DNA from: Ascidiella aspersa
Taxonomy: Eukaryota
Direction of reading: 5' to 3'
DNA: 64,000 nucleotides
Assembly (NCBI GenBank): GCA_963924565.1
Contig: OZ004613.1
Coordinates: 13,640,001-13,704,000 of the forward strand
In this document: positions 1 through 14,038 of the stretch, in pieces
How the letters are laid out: every line of letters starts with the position of its first letter
Position numbering within the stretch: position 1 is the stretch's first letter
Program-made: the position numbers and the translations under genes
The notes under the pieces: generated by a model
What the model saw: only the letters and a program-made list of their open reading frames with translations
What the model was told of the DNA's origin: nothing
Database searches by the model: none

Positions 1-3000
1 CAATGTCCTTTTACCTGGCGCAAGATAACAACTGCGTGACGTGCGAAGTTCGACGGCGTGGGATAAACAACTCAAAATCGCTGTAGCGCAAAAATATTTT
101 CCATTAATCATGAAAAACTGTGAACCGCCCCGTTAAAACACTAAACCTGATTTCCATAAAGGTAAAATATGATACACAAAGTACACACCCATACGTTGTA
201 CAAAAGCGATTACGTATTTTGGTTCTCACGAAAAATGTAGACGACTCGAGTTTGTCTCTTCATTGAAGCACTTAGCGACTGTCGATTTTTAGGGCCTTGG
301 TAATATATGAGGGGCTGAGGGCGCAAAGACGACTCGCTATCAGATACACTCTGACCATAGTCGTAGTTTCGCAAATTGGTCATGAAATCTTTACTACGGC
401 GTATATCTCACAAAAATCAAAGCGAAATCGCTTTCGCCAGGAGACGAGGCTGCCAGTTAGCGCTAGCGCTTTACTTTCTTTGCCGACAGAGCGCAACAAA
501 ACAATTTCGGGTTCGAGGGGCTGTCAGCCCCAGCTTCCTGTCACCCACACTATGTCGTGCCTGGGGGTTTGTGGGAAAGGGGGGCGTAGGACCTGCCCAG
601 CCCAAGCACAAGCTACGTATAGGGCTGGTTCTGGGCAGTTTATCACGCGACACGATAACGCTGTCAGAGCGGATCGGACAGGGTTTTGGTTTTGCGGCGC
701 GAAATCAATTGCGCCTCTGGCTTTTCTCCGCCGCAAAGCGACCGCTTAATCCCCAGCGATTCGATGCGGACAAAAGCCACAGCCCCTCGCGCAAAATTGC
801 TGGCACCAGCGGGCTTAATTCAACATGCGACGGCGGCCTTTCATTTCGAGATGCCCTTTTGCGTCTGGTCTTTTTTGTCGCGAGCGCATGCTACGTCACA
901 ATTGGCGAGGCGGCGGGGGCAAACATTAAACAAGCGCGAGCGTGGGTGCCTCGTACGCACACAAGGGGAGCGCGCATACGGCGAGGCCATTACGCTAGAT
1001 CGCGCTACCATTGTTGCTGCATTCTGCGAAATAGGCCTTCTTATATAGAGACCGCCCCGGCAATCGTAGGTAAATAAATATAGGGCCTGAGCGCGGCGTT
1101 CGTTTGATGCCCAACGCCCCCATTTTCCGCCTGACAGGCCTGTGTAATCGCGCACCCCTCTCCCCGGGCCGTTGTCCCTCACCCCCGCTAATGGCGCCTG
1201 AACCCCTCTATAATCCGGGCGCTTAATCGGAACCGATTGCCGTCGAAATGGATTTCTTTCGTGTCCCGCTTAAGAGCTGGCCTTTTGTTGAACGCACAAC
1301 ATCGTAAGCGGTACTTTGCAGCAGGGAGAGTGCTTTGTTACACCCCTCTCTCTCCACTGCGTTCTTGTCATTCGAACCGCACGTAAATGGCATAGTTGTA
1401 CATCTTTTCAAGGGGCCATTGCAGCAATGCAACGCATCTAACACAATATATGGAAGACGGTTGATGCACAATGTTAACTTTGAATGCGCCCTGTTGCTTT
1501 AAATCTGACTTGACAGTAATGCTTTTTCGTTCCGTTAGCATCAAGTTTTGATATAATCCACTACCATTATTAGCAGACGCTAATCAGTAATACGACAAAG
1601 TGTAGAGATATTAAAATTGCCAAACATTAAACACCATGAGAAATAAGCTCGCTCTGACTGTGCTTTGAACAAAATCAATTTTCAAAAACAAATCTTTATT
1701 TACTCGCGCGCGTTTTCGTTAGCCCACATCAACAACCACCCAGCAAGATGGGGACAATACTTCTTCTGCACGCTTAACGTCCAGGGCGAATAGACAATCG
1801 GCGCTTTTACCCTAGGTCGAGGTCACGAGCGAAATTGCAATTCGTGACGAGTAAGGAGTGTTTAGGAGCTGTCATCCCGAGTGAACGCTCCTTGAAGGGA
1901 AAGAGACAAAGCGCGAGCAAATTGAGATGTTCCCGAATAAACCAAAACCTGGCGGTTGTACAAGCTAGATAGCACGGGATAAACAGCAGCGACTGTACAG
2001 CGCTGCTGGTCGCGTGCAACCGCTTTCCAAATGCGCCGATGATGCGATACCACAGTCTCGCACGCGCCTCTTGCAAGGCCCAAGGCCCCGCGAGAAGCCC
2101 AAAGGCGTCTCTGAAGCGAACTATACGGTGTTTGAAGACACGCGAGGCGGGACTGCGGCGGGCCGCGCGGGAATGCTAAGGCAGAGGTGAAATCAAAAGG
2201 CGGAAGGTTAACCACGAGCCAGCGCAATTTCAAGTTATTAATCGCGCGGTTGACGCGAGCCGGACCCGGGGCTACAAAGCCTTTGATTTTGATTGAACGC
2301 TCGTTATCACCGGGCAGGCTCATACCGCCTTTGAAATGCGGCAGCAAGTCTGAATAAGAAGGCACAACAATACGGCCCGGCTGAGGCGCATGGAGCTTTA
2401 AATACGGCCTTGAATACCAGCCCGGTTGTCTGTTTGCTGCTGCTTTGGCCGCCCTACAAACCGCGACATTTCCCATCAGTATCCAACGACAGGCGTGCGT
2501 TGCTCGCACAGCAATTGGGGAACCTCGCCACGCTATAGTATAGGGAATACACAGCTACCTAAGCTGATGGTTAAAAGTAAATTAATTTTCTTAGCAGCGG
2601 CGCTTGGGGGGGTATTCGACGTAAGGAAGCGACTGATAGAAACCGTGATGGATGCCTGCGGATTTCACGAGCCGCTGCACAAAAACAGCGGGACGCTTTG
2701 GTTGGTTTTTAAGCTAAATATCAACATCGCCGAATCCGTCTTAAAAGTTGCTGGAACGGGCCGGCGCCAAAGGATTAAGAGAACTTGGACTGGGCCTTGT
2801 TTCAGCGCACGAGCCGCTAATCCACGCCGCGCTAGTTTGCATTGCTCATTTTTGCACGCGTGTTCACCGATTCGTGTACTGCTGACGCGTTTAACGCCAT
2901 TGCAACTGAGAAATAGAGCCGCGTTGTTTCATGGCTTCAACTCTCATTAGGCGGCTATGGGCTGGTAATCTTCTGCGATCAGAAATCCCGCGAAATGTAA

Positions 3001-5932
3001 ATTAGGAGTTGTTTAAGTTTGCAGAAAAACAAAAACAGGCTGAAAGAGCTATTTCGCTTGAGTGGATGTTGGCGTTGGAAGTTTGTTGCAACTTTAATTG
3101 CATCGCGGGTCGAAAATACCTTTGGATTTTGACCCTTGGGACCTATGTTTCCTCAATCGAGCACGAATTTTGCTTATTTAAAATGCTGCACTAGAGGTGT
3201 TGGCAACAATACCAAGGCCAAGCGCTTTGTGATTTTTCGTTTTGTCGGAAGTTACCCTCGTGCGAAATTCTTGTCATTCAAAGGCAGTTGGTATTGTGCG
3301 AAAAAATGATTGACGTCAGAAAACGAATTTCGCCCATTTGCAGCGGAATTACTGACAGGGGCTATACAGGATAAATGAAAGGGTCCGATTGCCGAATCAG
3401 TCGGGCGGCGAAACCATTTCGCTTAAAACGATACGATCAGAGCAGGTGACCAGTTCGCTTCGCAAAAGGTCGACGGTGAAACACCGACTCTGCACATTCC
3501 TGCGGTCCACGTAGGTGTGATAATTGCTCGAGCAGATCAGGGCTATCGAGTGCTCCTCCCAAACTCACGCCCAAAACAGCAACAGCGGTGACGAGCTCAT
3601 CGCGCCATTTAACCGAGGCTCTTTGTTGAAAAGCCGCTATTTTGTGATAGGCGCGCGGTTTTGTAAAACACTTGTTTGAAGACCGGTGGTCGAATTTCGG
3701 GCGGCTTGCGAACGCTCGTTTTAAATGGAATGCAGTTGCAAACAATTCTACGGGCGGCGATTTCCCTCTGAACTAGCGTCGATATTTTGGATGGGTAGAT
3801 TTCCTTAGTTTTTCAAAGTACGCCATGTTTGCACGTTAACTGGGCGAAAACGTTAAGTAACTACCGAGGGTTCCAATGTCAGGGATTGTAATTAGCGAAA
3901 ATGCGTGGGATGGTTAAATAACGTGAAACAGTCAAACGTTTACAAACTGGCTGAGCGATACATCATTTCCGCGCGACAGAACCCAAGTATACGCATTATA
4001 TAGGGCTGCTGCGGGGCACACCATTACTAGTTAAATTATAAAGTGGCCACGTCCAAACACAGTTACGCTTTAGCGTCCAAACGGTAACCGCAAAAAAACG
4101 TGGTCGCGGCCCCGCGTGAGATCAACAAATGTCGTGTTTGTAGCAGGAGCTCGACTCGAAAGGGCTGCAGGTCGCCCGTCGAGCTGTCAATCACGAGAGA
4201 CGGGTGTTTACGTGAGTTCGACGGCCCAGGGCAAAGACAAAGGCAAGGGGCGGTTCTAATCGCCGCGAAGATGTGGGCTAATCCGGCGGCACCGCGTTCG
4301 CGTTACAGGGACCGTCCCCTGGCCGCACGGCAGAGCAAACAGGCGAGGTGCGTGTCTTTCGGCACTCCTGCTCCTTCTCTTGTCCTGCTGTTCGCCTCGT
4401 AGCTTTGTTGACGGTGCGCGTTGCACCTGTACACCTGCAAGTTTTTCGATAGACCTCGCAGCTTGCGGTGAGTAACTCTATAACGAGAACCTGGCGCCGC
4501 TGGTCTATTGTTTTTGCAAATGCTTTGCGAAATCCGGCTTAACCTTCGTAAAGTGGTGATGCAAGCAGCTATTTTTGCCAAACTGTAAATCGACGAATTC
4601 CAAGGGCGCGCCCTTATTCGGTTGTAATGCAAATCATCAAAACGCCGAATTGTGGGTTTGTAATGTTAAGTAAGGAATACAATACAAGGCAATATAGTAG
4701 TTTCGAGTCTTCCTAGCATTTAAATTCCCGTTTGATAAATTTATAATTAAAATTGAGCTAAAGCAAGTAAGTGTAACCGTTGTAAACCGTATTTATCAAA
4801 ACAGGGTTCTTTCTATTTCAAACCGCAGCGGTTCCATACTGGAGTTTAGTGAACTTCTAAAGGGACAAAACATAAACCAGCTGATAGAGAAATGCCACTT
4901 GTTTTTTCCCGTAACGCCGGGCAACGTTGACCCCGAGGCTCGCGTGCGACGTGTACCCAGGCAATTCATGGCGGTTACTATTTCTGGGCTACCAAATTAC
5001 CCCCTAAGCCGCAACCCCTGTTTGAGGGGCAATTGGAAACCATAAACGATCTCGACGAAATTGCCGTCGTTTAGTTTATGCTAGCAGGACGTTTTTTTAT
5101 AATGGACGTACAAACGTGTGGGTTTGAAAGTTAGTTTTTATTTTTAGGGTTTTATTTTACAAAAATTCAAATTCAAATTGTTAACAAAAAATCGAGTGTT
5201 AAGTGTCATGTCGTGTTACTGAACTAATTAGTTTCAATGCGAGTTGAAATGTAATAAAAATTATGTCGCTGTAAGGCCTCAAAAACATTTTCGCTCCTTA
5301 GTTCGTGTGCTGTTAAGGTTTATGAAAACATTAAAACACAAAATGCCGTCTTTCGCGTAAGTTTGTTAGAAATACGAGCCCTGGAATACTACAATAAAGT
5401 AAAAATTGTCGTTGAAGCTATCGTAGATTAATTGTTGTCCCCACAACCAGTATTGCTTTTTTCGGGAAACAACGCGAGTCGAAATCGTAGAATCTTCAAG
5501 CGTTTCGTGTATCACTATAGAGGAGAGCAAGGTGCATAAACAGGCTTGATTGCAACGACCCTGGGAAGCGACTGCTCGATCGTGATCCGTAAACGGTGCA
5601 ATTGTTTACAAACAACGCAAACAGGTCCTGAGGACCGGGGACTGCAGACGATATCGGGCCCTTCGCAGCCTCGACAAAATCCCTCGTTAGCGCGTGCCGC
5701 TCGTAAAATGGCACCCCTGGGCACCCGACCGACTGTGTGAATCGGGCCACTACAGCAAGCGCGATTACAGTAAGAAAATTTTCGCCGCTATGACTCGCGA
5801 GTTATCCATCACTTTTCAAAGCGACTGCTTTTCAGTTGTCGTTCGTCGGCTTTCGTTTATCGGCTAGAAGGCCCGCTTTTTATTGCTAGATCTCGGAGTT
5901 CGGCTGAGATTAAAAGTGCCCCGCCGGCGATT

Positions 5933-5970
5933 GCGATTTCTGGCATTTTAAGCGATTTCTGGCATTTTAA
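5933..5970 (+). repeat. Perfect 19-bp tandem duplication (GCGATTTCTGGCATTTTAA x2)
   Basis: Directly visible in the sequence. Confidence 0.9.
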
Positions 5971-6160
5971 GTTTGCAGATCTTGATATTACGCAAGTATC
6001 CTTTCATCACCAGGCATTTGTAAAATTATCAGAGCATTTGTCGAATAATATTGACAACTATAATTTAAACGTTTCTAGAGGTTTAAAGGTTTTTACCCTG
6101 GAAAACATTTGTTTCCGCAATATTATTGAACAATGGATGCTATAATATCGAGAACTAAAA

Positions 6161-6215
6161 TTAAGACGTTTCTGAGCTTTGAAAAGTTATTTTAAGACGT
6201 CTCTGAGCTTTGAAA
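6161..6215 (+). repeat. Imperfect ~31-bp tandem duplication (TTAAGACGTyTCTGAGCTTTGAAA x2)
   Basis: Directly visible in the sequence. Confidence 0.85.
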
Positions 6216-9200
6216 GTTTTTACCATATCGTAACTTGCGAGGAAATTCAATCTTGGGAACAGTTACAGATAGCAATAATGACAAAATAATGCCATTCGGG
6301 ATTGATGAGCGAACACGAGATGCTATTCGTGGGTGGGCGAGCAATTTGACTCGTGTTGTAAATCTGAGCAAGAACGTTTGTACTCCTGGGATGCGGCGAA
6401 AGTGGTAATTGCATACCGGCGTTTGCTGGCACTTTTATTGCCAACGGTGTTAAGTGGAATTCGCGCGATCCCTCGTCATATTTTAACTGCGGAAATTTGA
6501 CTGTCAGACATAAAGGGGAATACGTGTCCTTAACTGTTAATTGTCACAGGAAGGGGGTGGTGGATATCTTTACTGCACAAAAGAATGGGAATTCTATATT
6601 TCTAACACTGGAAACCTCACCCCAGGAATATCTAAAGGTCTGCAATAAAAAGGGGCCGGACTTGATTTTTAATAAGAGGGCAATTCGGTTGAGCGTGAGT
6701 GACAGGCGAGCGCGAAATTAGGTGCTATTCGCGAAAGTGGCTTGGCCCCTTGCCCAGCAATCCAGTCAGGCCAACTACAAACGAGTAACCGTCTCGATTG
6801 TGTTACTCCGCTGAAACAATGACGCGCCATCAGAAGAACAACGGCGGCTTTGATCGCCGGTTTTAATCCCGACTCAAGTATTCCCATCCAAAAACCCTCG
6901 ACCGGTCCTTAGCAAAAAGGGCCATTGGCCTATTTTTCCGACCAATTTCAAAGCAGCCCGGTAACTTTTGGCCATTTTTACGGGGAATGATCTTAAACTG
7001 AAGCAGTAGGGATTTCTCATTGATAAGGCAAACGAAAAAAGCGGGATATTGACAAAATTTATGGTTAAATAGAAGCGTTTTTTTTTCTGTTGCGTGACTA
7101 ATGCACTCTAGGGATAAGTGGGATAAATTTAAAGCCAAAACGAAAACAATTTTGATAAAGCGCGTGACACGAATAAATCACTTGCATTTGTTAAAAACAC
7201 AAAGCTCTTCGAACTAGAATCGCGATTGAAAAACAGGTAAGCGTGTTTTTCAGTCACAGGTTTCTCGCTACGGTAATTGGTAGTTGCGGTGTGCTATTTC
7301 AAGTCAACAGGCAATTGAAATATGTTTGTTCGTTCCCGAACTTGGCATTACTTCGCGCTACTTGTCGCAAAAGTCGCAACATTCGGAAGCAAGGTTTGAA
7401 GTACCAGTACACAATTTGACGGCAATTCAAAGCGGGTCCAAGTTAAGATGAAATCGACAATTACACACTTCGTCAGTGGTTCGCAGCGGGGGTGCAGTCT
7501 TTAATGCTCATGGGCGCCAAAATATGTTTGTATTCTTTGTGATTCTATTCCTTATTCGTAAGCATATTGGCACAATTATTGGTTTAAAATTGGACTGCAG
7601 CAAATCAATAAATACTTTCTTGCATTGTGAGTGTTGATGAATGTAATTTTAATTATGTCTACTATTATATTACCGGTTACCACTTCTCGTAAATGCTAGT
7701 AAGTATATTGTAAACTGTATTTGTTTTATCTTTTCCGTTAAGTTCTAAATGCTCATATAATTAGAAAACACGACACTACACAACAAAAACCCGATTTAAA
7801 AGTAATATAGGTAATGTTGACTACAAAAATTTAATTACTTCAAAAGCCGTGCAAATTGTCGGCGATGTATCCTTGCGGGAAGACTGCATCCTGTCCGAGC
7901 TGATGACTAGCTGCTTGTATGGGCAACAAACTGTTGTCTACGGGGTCCGGGGCTTTAGTTACGTGGGGCCACTCGACGCCGTAGGCCAGTGAGTCAGTAA
8001 TCGTCGCCACCCCAATCCTAATCGAATTGCGCAAACGACGAAATTGAAGTTCCCCCCACCGTCGATTCGTCTTTAACATAAAACGCTGTGCGGATTGACG
8101 CCTGCTAGGCTCACGCGCGGGTACAAAGGCAAATGCATAAGCAATCGAAACGTTCCCGACGGACGCGTGTGTCTTGCGTTCCGTTGCATTGTACCGCGGG
8201 CCCGTGGACCCTTGAGAGGCCCTCGTTCGGAGCCAGGGGTAAGGTTGTTTTTGTTGAGTGCGCTCTTTTTGAACTAGCCGCCGGCAACCCTAAAACCAGC
8301 GCACAGCCACGAGAGCTGCAATGCGTTTGGCGCCGGTTGAAAAACAGCCACTTTTGACCTCTATTCTGTAAAACCAACTTCAACGAAATCAAACTAGAAT
8401 CTTTATTGCTGAATAATCAGAAAAAAATGCTTGAGACAAATAAGGGAATAGGTTGTGAACATCGCGTACTGTTTAAAATAATTACTCTAAAATATATAAT
8501 AACTAATTTTTTCGATACTTTCCGGCACGTGGCACTACAATTTATAAAATTTAAACTGGGCGTGCGAAATGGCTCCTAAAACGCCCTAAAACCTATCCCA
8601 TCGGTTAAAGTCGTCAAGCGCTTTCAAGCAGCTCAAGACAATAATGGCCGTCCCACACAATAAGATACCCGTCCGACAGCGTACGAAAGGCGCAAAACTG
8701 AACGAACGGCTTTGTGGCCTGTATTGTGTTTTCGCGAACGGGCTCCGCTTTGAAGTGCCGGCGATCGAAAGGAATAAAAAGTACGTTGCACCACCGATGG
8801 GCTGTGATATTGACGGATAGCGCCTTAATCACCAAGTCGTTGTTCCGAAGGCACAAAAAGAGAGTTTCGGTTACGGGAGCGATTGATATCTTTGTAGGCG
8901 GGCGATTGGCACATATTGGAAAGATCGCTGTGGATTGGCGCCCGCACGGAATGTAGCGACCTACCGGGGGACTGGACAAAAAGAAAAGGGGAAGCGAGAT
9001 CGAATACGACGCCGACAATTCGCGGAAATCGGCGGGGGTTAGTTTTTGCCGGTGAATCGCGGTTTTGACCCCAAGGGTGTTGTAGCGACGACCGTGATAA
9101 CCGCCACCTGTGCAATTGACCGGGACACAAAAGCGCTTGCCTGTACGTCGATAAGGCAAAAACGCTTACACAATAAGGCGCCGAAACGCGATCCAAGCCA

Positions 9201-9878
9201 AGGCAACGCGAGAAATCGCAACGGAATCTTAAAATCGATCTGTCACTGTCAGCCAGGCGCTGGCAAACAAACCAACTAGCCGGGAAAACATTCCGACGAA
9301 CGACAAGCCATAGGCGGCCGACGGGCAATCAAGAACCAAAGGATCTATTCTTGCCTGCCGCTGCTCGCATCGGGGATCGACCAAAATCGGGTTTCGGGTT
9401 ACCCGGGTGCTCAGAGAACTTGCTCCGCCCCCTTTTGCCCCGCATTCAGTCGAGGGGCAAGACGAAGCGAAAGCAAGACGGCTGACCGTTTTCTTTCCGC
9501 TTCGAACAGTGGGATCACAACCGAAAGCGTAACTTGATAGCAGGTGGCCAGGCAAAGGGTCGTGACGCTACGAGGAGTTATTTTTTCGAAAATCAACAGC
9601 TACAACCGGCCAGCAGCTTGATATTAGGTGGCAGCGCCTAACACTTCTGTTCCCCGCGGTTTTGTGCTTATCTGTGCGCTCGCTTTCCGTTGGATGAAAC
9701 ATCAATTTATTTTAAACACTATTCTAATGCTTTGGTAGATTCCATGTGAAGCTCTTCCCCAAAAAGACAAATCATTGGAATATAGCAAAATTTTTCTAAT
9801 TGGTAAAACGTAGAAAACTGTTATAAATTGTGTCATTGTGCCCCCTAACAAACACTTTAAATTATTGGCACCGCTAAC

Positions 9879-9960
9879 CTTTTTCTCCTGGTGGGCAGGT
9901 GCAGTCTGATGGAGCCGATCTCTTCAACCTTAGCGCAGGTCCGCTGTTTGTGTTTGCGTT
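9879..9960 (-). CDS. MACIT-like collagen, coding exon 2 (82 nt; furin site and CTCPPGEK-G)
   Basis: Acceptor tctttgttttacag|AAC and donor AAAG|gttagc. 27 codons + 1 nt, ending in a split Gly codon, which is compatible with a following collagen exon. Confidence 0.88.
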
Positions 9961-12900
9961 CTGTAAAACAAAGATATAAATTCACTTAAGCAAATCCGCA
10001 TTCGCACAACGAATAACACGCAAAGGTCGTAAAAAAGGAATATTTGCAGTACCAGCGTATTGCAATTCGAAACGGAAGGAGCCTGTTAAACCACCAGTCC
10101 CTAAAGCAGCCTTTTTAGGCGCCAATTAAAATACATAAGGGAGACGCGTTGTCACATTCCCTCTGTGTCGAAGCCAGTTAACTCAAGACATTGCTTTTTT
10201 GTTGCTGAGCAAGCGATAAGCCTAAAACAGGTCCCTAACGTGAATACAACAGGTGACTAAGCAGTCAGTTACGCATGATTCCCAGACACTGTTGTGTACA
10301 ATGGATATATTGTTGCCTTTAATAAGGCTCCTCCAAAGCCAAAGGTCGGCGAAATATTTCACCGGATGACGCGACGTAATTCGGTTTGTCTGAAATTCTC
10401 CTTGAGTTTTTTCTTTGAAAACATACTCTTGAGAATTGTGACAAGTCGAACAGCGAGTTTGCGGTTAGTTCAAACCGGCTTTGTAATCTAATAAAAAAAT
10501 ATAAATGAAATATATCGAACACCAGATGAGGTTTTTCTTTTTTCTCAAAGCTATAGTCTATATTGGGAAAAATAATTTACAAAGCACGAAACACATTTTA
10601 AAAGTTATATGAATAACCGCTGGTTCTTGGAAGATATTTCCTTTAATAATTTTCAGTAAAACGATAGACTCCAAAATTACAGCACTTATTCAACAACAGT
10701 AACCGAATTCCCAAATTATGGAAAGTTTTCCCAAGGGTCGCAAAAAGAAGTGTAACGCTAAGGAAATTTGCTTTAGGTCGCCTCGAGGTAGTATTTGTTT
10801 TACACAAGTTCCTCGCCAAACCTTAGCAATTTAAGCTGGTTAAAAAAAGTTCAGGCCAAAACGTTTGCGCATTGTCGCAAAACAACTTCAAGGCTATCGC
10901 GCGTGTTGGCTTCTCAAAGGTGTTTTTCCGGCGAAATTTGACCAATTAAATCAACCACAACTGGAAGCGACAGGATAAACAATTGAACTTGTTTTTTACA
11001 CTTTTAAACATATTTTTGTCCGCCCAGTTTTCGCGCACAAACGGCAGAAACGGTTTCAATGCGGTCATCTGGCATGGATTACTTTTGTGCAATAGCGAGG
11101 GTGGTGTTGATGCCTAAACCGGCAAGGCGCCAACGCGAAATGCAGGCGAACAACCTTGAACTGGAAGAGTAGCGGGCGACCTGAAAGATATTGGCGGCCG
11201 TTGAGGAACGGCGCTAATAGCTTCATCCTTCGACCAGAGGCGCGCCTTTGAAGTTCTCGCCCGCAGGTAACGAGGTGCCTAACGCGCTTCCGTCATTTCG
11301 TTTCGCAGCTGAAACCCGCTGCAGAGGGCCAATAAACCACGCGCGCCGCGGGTTCGCGAACTTTTCGTCGCCCTACGCGTTCTCGAATTAACACCCTGCC
11401 GAGCAGTTACTTTTTCAATTGCATAACGCGCGTTTAGGATGCGAGGCGTATAGCGGTTAGGATTTTTCGGAGATTGTGCTGGGCCGAGTACACACGCACC
11501 AATGTCTCACGATGTTTTTTGACATTTTTTTCATTTTCGAGCGGCCAATATTGTTATTGACATTTTTTCTAAATATTAAGCATCTTTGATCTGCTTGGTC
11601 CAAATCTACGTAAGGAATTATTGTGAGTCGACTACTGTTTTTTTACCAAAGTTATTAGCATTTTTATGAGATAAATTAAAGGGCATTATTGTTATCCTCA
11701 AAATGTCCAATTAGAAACGCTTTAGTACCCGGTTTGAACTTATGGTTCGTTTAAAGCGCAAAATTCACAGTATTTAAAGCGCAAAATTCAGGGAACAACT
11801 CAACAGTAAACATTGACGACTGTCGAAATCATGAATTTACGAAAACCGCCAACACAAATGCCTGATATTCCTCTTGATTCCCATCATCGCCTCTTTATAC
11901 CGGGCTATGGGAAAGCCGCGCGGCGAAAAGTCCCGCGTCTCCGGCGGCCGTTGACAAAAAAACTCGAGTCGGATCTAATCCGGCGGGCAAACGCTTGAAA
12001 CTGTCGCGTCACAATAGACGGCCAAGCGGCGCAGGATTAGCGTACTCGAGTGCCGGGTGAAGTGCGAACCCGGGTTGATATTCGTCGCCAAGTATGGAGC
12101 GTTTGGTGGATGGAGTCCATTCGGTATGGCAGGTATAATTTTCAGCTCTTATTTCCGGTAAGATTAGAGTACCGTTATATTTGTCTTTATGACGACACGA
12201 GCATTTGCGCCGTTTATTATTTTTGTTGGCACATTTTGTGCGGATTTTGTTAAAAATTGGTCTTTGAAGGATAGCTGTTGATTTTAAACGTCCTCGCTAC
12301 TCAATTAAGTTCTTTTTTAACTAGTTTCTTGGTTTAAACATTCTGATACATCTTCCTGAAAATATTCTAAAGTTAGTTTTGAACTGTTGAATTTAACTAA
12401 CCCTCCCCCCCCCCACCGTTACTCACATCAAAGTTATGTCTTCACAATCTTGTTGAAAAAGGCACGCAAACACACTTTTCTTTACCTCAGGACTGAAGTT
12501 AACTTTGCGCCGTTGATTTTACGCATCTCGGTTACCCAACAAAAAAACTCGCTGGTAAATTCATTCGCGTGTGTTGACTTAATAATTTTACCGCAATAAA
12601 GGCCCTGGATGCAAACGCGCAAACAACTCGCAAGGCGAGGTGACGGAATTATCCAGTAGGGGGAGGAATTTACTCTTCAGGGTGTCTTTCCTCTGCAAAG
12701 AAAACTCTCTTCAGAACTTTCTTTCAAAGGGACCGGACTTGGCAAAGGCGCCGACGCGATGACCATAAGGGTCGTCGGAATTTGAAACTCGGCCTTGGAT
12801 GCGAGTGAACCGACAGAAACGATCAGGCACTTAAAACCTGCGTGTTTGTGAGTCCGAAACCCCGCGGGACGTTTATTGCGCGACCTAATGCGCACTGGCA

Positions 12901-14038
12901 CGCCTTCACAGCCCTCGCGTGTTAAATAGGCCGTCTATGGTCGCGAGAAGCCGCCGTACAGATGACCCTCTTCGCGGATATAACACTAGAAAGCTCCACA
13001 CATCAGAGTTTCCGATATTCAGCCTATAAGGTTATGACTGAAAACAGCGCGGTGTTAATCTGGCCGGGCTTTTCCGAAAAGCTGCAAGATTTAATTACGC
13101 AAAATTGGCTAACAGCTTGAGCACTGGATTTGAGGCAAGCTGTGTAATCTTAGCATTAACGCGGTTTAGGTAAAAACGCAAAAACCGTTTGGCCACAGTT
13201 GCAAATCCTGGCTCTGCAGATTACCGAACGGCGTTTAGCTAAATACACGAGCTCTGTGTCGGCCGTCGAAGCTGCATAATGTAACACCTGACGCTTTTGA
13301 GATCGAATCTGTGCATACCGCGGGCAATCACCCCAGGGCGCGCTCAAAACCAACGCTAAACAAGTGGCGTCGTATCGCGCTCAAGGCGTCGGCCGTGCTT
13401 TCAGTGAAAAGCTTAAAGCTTACAATACGCAAATATGTACACACGCAAGCGTGTTCAGTAACGTTCTGAAGACTGGCGGCGGAAGCAACAAGACACGAAA
13501 TATAGGTGTTTTAATCTTAGCTAATAAGTAAGGCTTGTTTTTTCTGACAAAAAACGCCTTTGTAGCTTGTTATGTTTGCAGCAAACAGTGGAGTTAGCTA
13601 TGCCACGTTCTTATGAATTGTAAAAATAAAGCCAAGAAAACGCATATGGCTGCTAAATATAAGAGGCGTACTTACGATTTCTTCCAACCTCCGTTCGAAT
13701 CCCGACAATTTACTGGTGAGTCTTTCCACGGTGCCCAGGAGGCCCTCGATGGCCGACTCGTGATCCCTGATCTTCCTCTGGTCGGAGGAGCGGGACTCGC
13801 GGAGCGCGGAGAGTCCGGATTCAACTCGGATCGCTCGCGAGGCAAAGTAGATCGAAGTGAAGAGAGAAGCCGCGCAGGCTAGGGTGAGGAAAACTGCAAA
13901 CAAGCAACGGCAAATCGAGGGATGCTGCTGCCTGCGCCTCTCGTCAAAGTGCTGATACTGTGATGACGTCATGCCGTTTGACGCAGCCATTACGTCAAAG
14001 CCCGCTTTCTGGTCGCTTCTGTCGCCGGGCTGGCCCAT
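9879..14038 (-). CDS. Type II transmembrane collagen (MACIT, collagen XIII/XXIII/XXV-like), 5' part; join(complement 13676..14038, 9879..9960), 3'-partial
   Basis: The spliced translation gives a cytoplasmic N-terminus, TM (CLFAVFLTLACAASLFTSIYFA), heptad coiled coil (LSALRES...IEGLLGTVERLTSKLSGFERRLEEI), then NANTNSGPALRLKRSAPSDCTCPPGEKG: a furin site RLKR followed by CxCPPG and the start of Gly-X-Y, the MACIT NC1/COL1 signature. The phase-0 GT-AG intron fits. Gliomedin/colmedin or EDA-like identity cannot be excluded without the 3' exons. Confidence 0.8.
13676..14038 (-). CDS. MACIT-like collagen, coding exon 1 (121 codons; cytoplasmic region, TM, coiled coil)
   Basis: ATG at 14038 with an in-frame upstream TAA; ends GAA ATC|gtaagt (donor GT at 13675-13674). 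The ORF-track tail VSTPLIF... is intron read-through. Confidence 0.88.

Noticed and set aside
1-60. TTACCTGGCG resembling the U1 snRNA 5' end, or a minus-strand acceptor for collagen exon 3
   Set aside because: No U1 stem-loops or Sm site follow. As an exon it would read G-K-R-T-L, which breaks Gly-X-Y; cannot be resolved at the window edge.
297-2950. Long ORFs 376..1077 (233 aa), 297..749, 1862..2509 and 2426..2950
   Set aside because: Overlapping frames on both strands in GC-rich blocks, Arg/Ala/Pro-biased, mostly non-ATG starts, no domain or splice support; they lie within the inferred collagen intron.
6620-6638. Minus-strand micro-exon candidate (ttattgcag|ACCTTTAGATATTCCTGGG|gtgagg)
   Set aside because: Gives TAG in the phase required after collagen exon 2 and is not Gly-X-Y.
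7298-7346. miR-375-like seed TTTGTTCGTTC in a weak hairpin
   Set aside because: Only 11 nt match, and the stem has a large asymmetric bulge; not a credible pre-miRNA.
8190-8250. Gly/Pro-rich stretch resembling collagen
   Set aside because: Gly spacing is four, not three, and there are no flanking splice sites; the same applies to similar stretches near 1160 and 5710.
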